DNA of 63,580 bases, filler included, from an uncultured bacterium (GTDB lineage: Bacteria; Auribacterota; CAZIXI01), in NCBI GenBank assembly GCA_964543115.1. It is 3 parts of 3 records of this genome, joined end to end, with 100 filler letters (N's around TTAATTAATTAA, not from the genome) between each part and the next. Parts side by side here need not be neighbours in the genome. Positions count along the whole stretch, not along the records: positions 45,564 to 63,580 come from CAZIXI010000045.1; 2 more parts are not named here. One strand, 5' to 3'. The notes under the pieces were generated by a model, which saw nothing but the letters and a program-made list of their open reading frames with translations, was not told the origin of the DNA and did no database searches. Positions 59,301 through 63,580 of the stretch are shown one piece after another; the first letter of the stretch is position 1; each line of letters begins with the position of its first letter. A program made the position numbers and the translations under genes.

Positions 59301-60613
59301 ACATCATTACCGGCTTTTCTGCCAAAATACCGATCAGTTTCATTAATTGCCTTAAAGCCAAATACACTCCTTCTTGCCGCAGCTTCCTTCTTTCTTGGTC
59401 GTGTACCAGAAGCCTCCCGCATCGCACACACCAACGGATGACTCTCATCATGCATTACCTCATAAGCAATATCAACCCGGCAAAGCATAACATCACTATC
59501 TCTATCGGCAAGTCCATCACGCACCATCTTTCCCAGCTCGCATCTTTGATAAGCGGGATAGGTTTTTTCCGTTTTATAGCCAGTACCCTGTATCGCCGCC
59601 TCAGCAGACCTGGCTTCTCCTTCAATCTGCACCCTTTGCGCAGGAAGAAAAACAGCGCTATCTGCAGCAATTCGCGGTATTCGCCGTAAATCCTCTCTAC
59701 TCGCTACCTTAACAAAATCAACATCTTCTTCTTCTTTTGAGAGATGCTGCATATAGGAAGCATCTTCAAGTATTCTCTCCAACCAATCTTCACCATCCGG
59801 CCGCGGCACATGGCTGGCCCGCACTGCCCCCATGGGCAGCCAAGGGACAGAAACACCATAATCTAGTTCTCCACTCACCCCTGCCGGTAATGATTCCTGT
59901 AAACGTGCCAACGCCTCATCATCTCTTTCAGAATTTCTCTTTTCAAAAAGCACAAAATACCGTTCTTCAATACCGGATGGTGTTCTTATCGGCAACCTTT
60001 CAATCTCTACAATTGAATCTCTTCCTGCCAGGTGTTCGCATACCGTTTCTCTCTCCCCAGTAATATCAAGACTGGCAAAGATAAAAAGGTCATTAAAGCG
60101 GTTAAATATTTCTCGATTCACATCATGTAACGCTTCCGCAACCACCGGCTGCGTACACCTACTCGGCAGCACCATCAAAATCTCATCACTCACCAGATGC
60201 TGCGCCCGCCCGCCGTACCGCCGGCAGGCCCAATCAGCAGCCGCTACCACTTCCCTAATAAAAAAGTTCACCACTTCGTATCCATACACCTGATTGCGAT
60301 CAAAAAGCAGGCGAAAATCACCAAAAACAACCCAGGAATTTTCGTCTTCTGCTAGTTCTGCCCTTACCATATCCCGGGCATCAGCAAATTCAGCCTCTGC
60401 CAACATACTGGTACTGGGCATTTCTACCAACGAAGCACGTAGAGACGGAACTCCAGCTGGGACAACTCCTAGAGCACTTTGAAATTCACTCTGATTTGCT
60501 AATAAGGCAGGTAATTTATCCCGGGAGGCACAAACACCAGTTCCAGGTACCGCCCAGGCGATACTGTTAAGTAGAAATAAAACAACCGTGATTATGTTAA
60601 TTAATCTAATCAT
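56387..60613 (-). CDS. 1408-aa signal-peptide protein with two degenerate GGDEF-like domains and a histidine-kinase (HisKA/HATPase_c-like) module
   Basis: MIRLINIITVVLFLLNSIAWA; D.RLLFDRNQVYGYEVVN...VSDEI; FKAINETDRYFGRKAGNDVI...APDKF; LHDMQG; NLVKNA; DDGEG; GTGTG. Confidence 0.8.
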   Translation of the reverse strand: MIRLINIITVVLFLLNSIAWAVPGTGVCASRDKLPALLANQSEFQSALGVVPAGVPSLRASLVEMPSTSMLAEAEFADARDMVRAELAEDENSWVVFGDFRLLFDRNQVYGYEVVNFFIREVVAAADWACRRYGGRAQHLVSDEILMVLPSRCTQPVVAEALHDVNREIFNRFNDLFIFASLDITGERETVCEHLAGRDSIVEIERLPIRTPSGIEERYFVLFEKRNSERDDEALARLQESLPAGVSGELDYGVSVPWLPMGAVRASHVPRPDGEDWLERILEDASYMQHLSKEEEDVDFVKVASREDLRRIPRIAADSAVFLPAQRVQIEGEARSAEAAIQGTGYKTEKTYPAYQRCELGKMVRDGLADRDSDVMLCRVDIAYEVMHDESHPLVCAMREASGTRPRKKEAAARRSVFGFKAINETDRYFGRKAGNDVILLINNALYKAFCGNEDFSGYDVKVVRQAPDKFYLQIAAPKGHLPNPEQMARAMDQVKQEVDRVLANVELKSVMELSVNTSTHSPAISQRGPPAAGIKIRNFIRELFTVCESRDVAVDLAGRNTDSGVLIKDCTVFAIPENNAALQRERIEIASYRRERSKWNLTDLDEGLDFYTPSADPEGGAMGKWRVVGSLQIVDGWLVGELAGVAGNAGSRVRIIRPGTDSGPGYDTVSIKADRIMDFAPEIARTVSAQLERWRRQAAKLPERPEYTRDIIRILAAIESQLAQLHVIENNAYIDGYGMRDQIFVNENIVVALLSDNEDENVMGFIGLFNEAGHSLDIAHNTLRGLGKRAMARRQAPTDEDRMLAATLPEADGMAQGLQEILFDGGIFDDGHDNYNFRFTRWRRNQSNAHKVYMEMNPDRDLRYLLLRGALHDMQGEILTAGFRVSNALSALRKSGSLEGFVARMDPNIAGVIRNGRVNDLMDLSCMRELQNEISKERPIVNEVERLLPQAVLLTDVCLEFYRVFLAQPDIYADLFPADSLELREKITNIKDALIEVAEGRLSLKRWIFNLGEESLQRQIIKYGLDVTAEFAGLVRVDVEVDGFDFDVEMNLLHLNRILKNLVKNARDFIGRAGKGDKEGSIQVRARVDGRELVIYVIDDGEGFPEFMKARVGTMGETLSDGSDSLGSGSVSGAEDDQGFVPVRGTGTGTAMVRKIAEHYGGSAGWHDNPSGPGAMATVRLPVIPGSEEAPAEPVPAAAENPGDPGTGDPAGSAAGSALSFVDPDAPVSILLEHLGVDPGNVQLTDFNEPGIVGAAGLKVCLVNEIERVNELFAEVFKDFPPAATVVRAQVLISGDKPIALLVNKANKTYCLDITEMLYKPLSRTDRGRADEYRQDIPQKYQQEQDSSFQRVSWEAAYNTGWGEYSVVKMPGVYTAESVYAHELISAVDVDEPSTPVAMEFLTEAAI

Positions 60614-60650
60614 AGATAGATAAAATAAAGGGCAAGGTCTTAATCAACCT

Positions 60651-60704
60651 TGCCCCAAGCTGCGCTTGGGGCTGCCATTATATGAATGTATATAGACTGC
60701 CCCC
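60651..60704 (-). repeat. dispersed hairpin-plus-linker element, copy B
   Basis: GCCCCAAGC-TGC-GCTTGGGGC followed by CTGCCATTATATGAATGTATATAGACTGCCCCC; 30/33 nt match to 30418-30450. Confidence 0.85.
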
Positions 60705-60801
60705 AAAAATTCAACTTCATATTTCAGATTGCAGAGTTCGGATTTTACCCTCTAACTCCCACACAAACATTTACTTGAGTATTTTGATGACTATTTCTAA
60801 G

Positions 60802-60817
60802 TGCAATTGTCATGCCA
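60802..60817 (-). promoter_or_regulatory. sigma54 (-24/-12) promoter
   Basis: (T)TGGCATGACAATTGCA, with GG-N10-GC spacing. Confidence 0.72.
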
Positions 60818-61001
60818 AATAGAGATATTCGTATCTACTTGCCAGGCAATGTCATGATAGAATTAATGCGAATTAATACAGCTTGTGTGGCGAAAATTAT
60901 TTCGTGATAAAAGTGCCCTGTTTTCATTTTGATCAACCAACATCCACTTGTAGGGCCCGTAAAAGACTTTCGCCCATAATTGCGCGCGAGTTGACAGGCG
61001 C

Positions 61002-61046
61002 AAAAAAAAAGGGAAAAAGAAGAGTATTTACACTCTTCTTTTTCCC
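61002..61046 (-). terminator. intrinsic terminator downstream of carB2
   Basis: Perfect 15-bp stem GGGAAAAAGAAGAGT/ACTCTTCTTTTTCCC followed by 9 U on the minus strand. Confidence 0.85.
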
Positions 61047-61116
61047 ATACTTCGTTGGGGCCGCTATTTTAAAATAAATATTAGCAACCCCGATTACAGC
61101 ATTGACAACCTACAAA

Positions 61117-63580
61117 TCAAGACACTGCTTCTGCCTCCCGGACGGAAAGTTCCCGCTGATAATCCTGCAGCGCTTTCGGGCAGACTTCACTCAGTTTTGC
61201 CGCTTCGATTCCGGCCACACTGGCCTCGGCGGCGGCAATCGAAGTTATATAAGGAATCTTCCGCTGAATGGCCATCATCCGGATATAGCTGTCATCATAC
61301 TTACTGTCCTTTCCTACCGGGGTATTGATAATCAGCTGCAGATCCTTGTTTCTGATGGCATCAGCGATATTCGGCCGGCCTTCGTGCAGTTTATCGATCC
61401 GCTCATTGGGAATTTCGTTCTCAGCGAGAAACCGGCTGGTATTCTCAGTAGCATAAATATTGAATCCCAGCTTATGTATGCGCTGGGCAACGGGAAGCAG
61501 GGTTTGTTTATCCTTATCCGTTACCGTCAACAGCACGTTTCCCTCTAGCGGCAGTTTGGCTCCGGCCGCTTCCTGGGCCTTATAGAACGCCTGGCCGAAT
61601 GTTCCGCCGATCCCCATCACTTCTCCGGTGGCTCTCATTTCCGGGCCAAGCAGCGGATCCACTTCCGGGAACATGTTAAACGGAAATACCGCTTCCTTGA
61701 TACCTACATAGGGTACATTCTTTTCTTTTAATTCCGGAAAGTCACTAAGCTTCTTGCCCAGCATGACCTGAGTGGCCAACCTGGCAATCGAGATACCGGT
61801 AATTTTTGAAACTACCGGTACTGTGCGCGAGGCCCGGGGATTGGCTTCCAGGATATACACCTGATCATCACAAATCGCATACTGGATATTCATCAGTCCG
61901 ACAACCTTAAATTCCTTGGCGATTAATTTCGTGTATTTCTTAATCGTCTTAATATGTTCGGGTTTAATTGTCCGCGGAGGAATAGAACAGGCGGAATCAC
62001 CGGAATGCACCCCGGCATGCTCTATATGCTCCATAATAGCGGCCACAAAAACATTTTTGCCGTCGGCCAACGCGTCCACCTCCGCCTCTATTGCCCTTTC
62101 CAGAAAACGGTCAATAAGCATCGGGTGCTCCGGACTAACCTGGATCGCCTCGGTGGCATAACGCCGGAGGGCTTCTTCATCATAAACAATTTCCATTCCC
62201 CGGCCGCCCAATACATAAGAAGGACGCACCATCAGCGGATAACCGATTTTACTCGCCGTGCTCAGCGCCTCATCAAGGGAGCGAACCGTGCCGCCTTCCG
62301 GCTGCCGGATACCCAGATCAATCATCATCGAGCGGAACCTGTCGCGGTCTTCCGCCAAGTGAATGCTTTCCGGAGATGTGCCGAGAATCTTCACACCATT
62401 ATCTTTCAGTTCCTGCGCGATATTCAGCGGGGTTTGACCGCCAAATTGCACAATTACCCCTTCCGGTTTTTCCTTTTCATAAATCGTTAACACATCTTCC
62501 ACGGTCAGCGGCTCAAAATAGAGCTTGTTTGAGGTATCGTAATCGGTGGAAACGGTTTCCGGATTACAATTAACCATTACCGATTCATACCCCTCGTCAC
62601 GGATCGCAAAAGCCGCATGCACACAGGTATAATCAAATTCAATACCCTGTCCTATCCGGTTAGGGCCGCCGCCGATAATCATAATCTTCTTATTTGGCGA
62701 AACGGGCACTTTATCTTCCGCGTTATAAGTGGAATAGTAATAAGCGGCATTTTCCACTCCGCTTACCGGCACGGGCTCATAACAGCCGCGTTTGCCGAGA
62801 GAAATCCTTTTTTCCCGGACTTCCTTTTCTTTGACCTGGAAGAGGCCGGCCAGATAACGGTCAGAGAAACCCCATTCTTTGGCCTGAATGAACTTTTCCT
62901 TAGGTAATTTTTTCCAGCTGAAAGTGAGTAATTCCTCTTCCAGTTCCACCAGTTCTTTCATCTGCTCAATAAACCAGCGGCCAATAAAGGTCATCTGATA
63001 CAATTCCTCAACCCCCATCCCTTTGCGCAGCGCTTCATACAAAAGAAATATCCGTTCACTGGAAGGATTAGCCAGCCGTTTCTTCAATTCCTCCAGGGAA
63101 AGGGACTTAAAATTCTTCGCCCCGCCCAGACCGTAACGTTTAATCTCCAGGGAACGAATGGCTTTCTGAAACGCTTCCTTGTATGTTTTACCAATACTCA
63201 TTACTTCACCAACCGCTCTCATCTGCGTACCGAGAATATCCTTGGCCTGGGAGAATTTTTCAAAGGCCCAGCGGGCAAATTTAATTACCACATAATCACC
63301 CCAGGGTTCATATTTATCCAGTGTGCCCTTGCGCCAGTAAGGTATGTCCTCCATATTCAACCCGGCCGCAAGCTTGGTGGATATCCGGGCAATGGGGAAA
63401 CCCGTGGCTTTGGAGGCCAGCGCCGAAGAGCGGGACGTGCGGGGATTAATCTCAATTACCACCAGCCGGTCATCTTTCAGGTTATGGGCAAATTGGATGT
63501 TGGTTCCGCCAATCACACCAATGGCATCTACAATCTTATAGGAATAATCCTGCTTTTTTTTCTGTAACTCTTGGGGAACG
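61117..63580 (-). CDS. carB: carbamoyl-phosphate synthase large subunit, second paralog (5' end outside the window)
   Basis: IEINPRTSRSSALASKATG, GGGPNRIGQGIEFDY, PSYVLGGRGM, HSGDS, MGS domain. The frame is open to the window edge. Confidence 0.95.
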   Translation of the reverse strand, partial: VPQELQKKKQDYSYKIVDAIGVIGGTNIQFAHNLKDDRLVVIEINPRTSRSSALASKATGFPIARISTKLAAGLNMEDIPYWRKGTLDKYEPWGDYVVIKFARWAFEKFSQAKDILGTQMRAVGEVMSIGKTYKEAFQKAIRSLEIKRYGLGGAKNFKSLSLEELKKRLANPSSERIFLLYEALRKGMGVEELYQMTFIGRWFIEQMKELVELEEELLTFSWKKLPKEKFIQAKEWGFSDRYLAGLFQVKEKEVREKRISLGKRGCYEPVPVSGVENAAYYYSTYNAEDKVPVSPNKKIMIIGGGPNRIGQGIEFDYTCVHAAFAIRDEGYESVMVNCNPETVSTDYDTSNKLYFEPLTVEDVLTIYEKEKPEGVIVQFGGQTPLNIAQELKDNGVKILGTSPESIHLAEDRDRFRSMMIDLGIRQPEGGTVRSLDEALSTASKIGYPLMVRPSYVLGGRGMEIVYDEEALRRYATEAIQVSPEHPMLIDRFLERAIEAEVDALADGKNVFVAAIMEHIEHAGVHSGDSACSIPPRTIKPEHIKTIKKYTKLIAKEFKVVGLMNIQYAICDDQVYILEANPRASRTVPVVSKITGISIARLATQVMLGKKLSDFPELKEKNVPYVGIKEAVFPFNMFPEVDPLLGPEMRATGEVMGIGGTFGQAFYKAQEAAGAKLPLEGNVLLTVTDKDKQTLLPVAQRIHKLGFNIYATENTSRFLAENEIPNERIDKLHEGRPNIADAIRNKDLQLIINTPVGKDSKYDDSYIRMMAIQRKIPYITSIAAAEASVAGIEAAKLSEVCPKALQDYQRELSVREAEAVS

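Overview
The window holds three separate contigs from a metagenome-assembled or draft genome, joined by artificial 100-bp N/TTAATTAATTAA linkers (22717-22816, 45464-45563). Adjacency across the linkers is not biological. The host looks like an anaerobic diderm; some proteins resemble Omnitrophota/PVC proteins, which is an impression rather than a determination. Contig 1 (1-22716) carries tandem secreted surface proteins ending in four ~100-115 aa 'WY(L/F)AEG..F(D/E)EYV.IQNP' (DUF5719-like) repeats, a 2016-aa passenger plus outer-membrane beta-barrel protein, and a surface-glycan locus (5 GT2, Wzx, AsnB-like). Contig 2 (22817-45463) is a nitrogen-assimilation cluster: carA, a carB fragment, two glnA, gdhA divergent from nrpR, gltB broken by an apparent ~20-nt deletion, gltD, a PEP/pyruvate-binding-domain protein and a stand-alone Fis-like HTH. 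Contig 3 (45564-63580) carries secreted proteins (propeller hydrolase-like, two phage-tailspike-like, one repeat protein), a MazEF-like TA pair, two signal-peptide proteins with cytoplasmic-type enzyme domains, and a second carB. The most notable unexplained signals are: three sigma-54 promoters, each with a TTGC-N3-GCAA palindrome 21-24 bp upstream, in front of the contig-3 exported proteins; a dispersed ~50-bp hairpin-plus-linker element in three copies; a candidate new NrpR operator (CGGCAAWWTTGCCG); and a constant four-repeat C-terminal module shared by six proteins with variable passengers.
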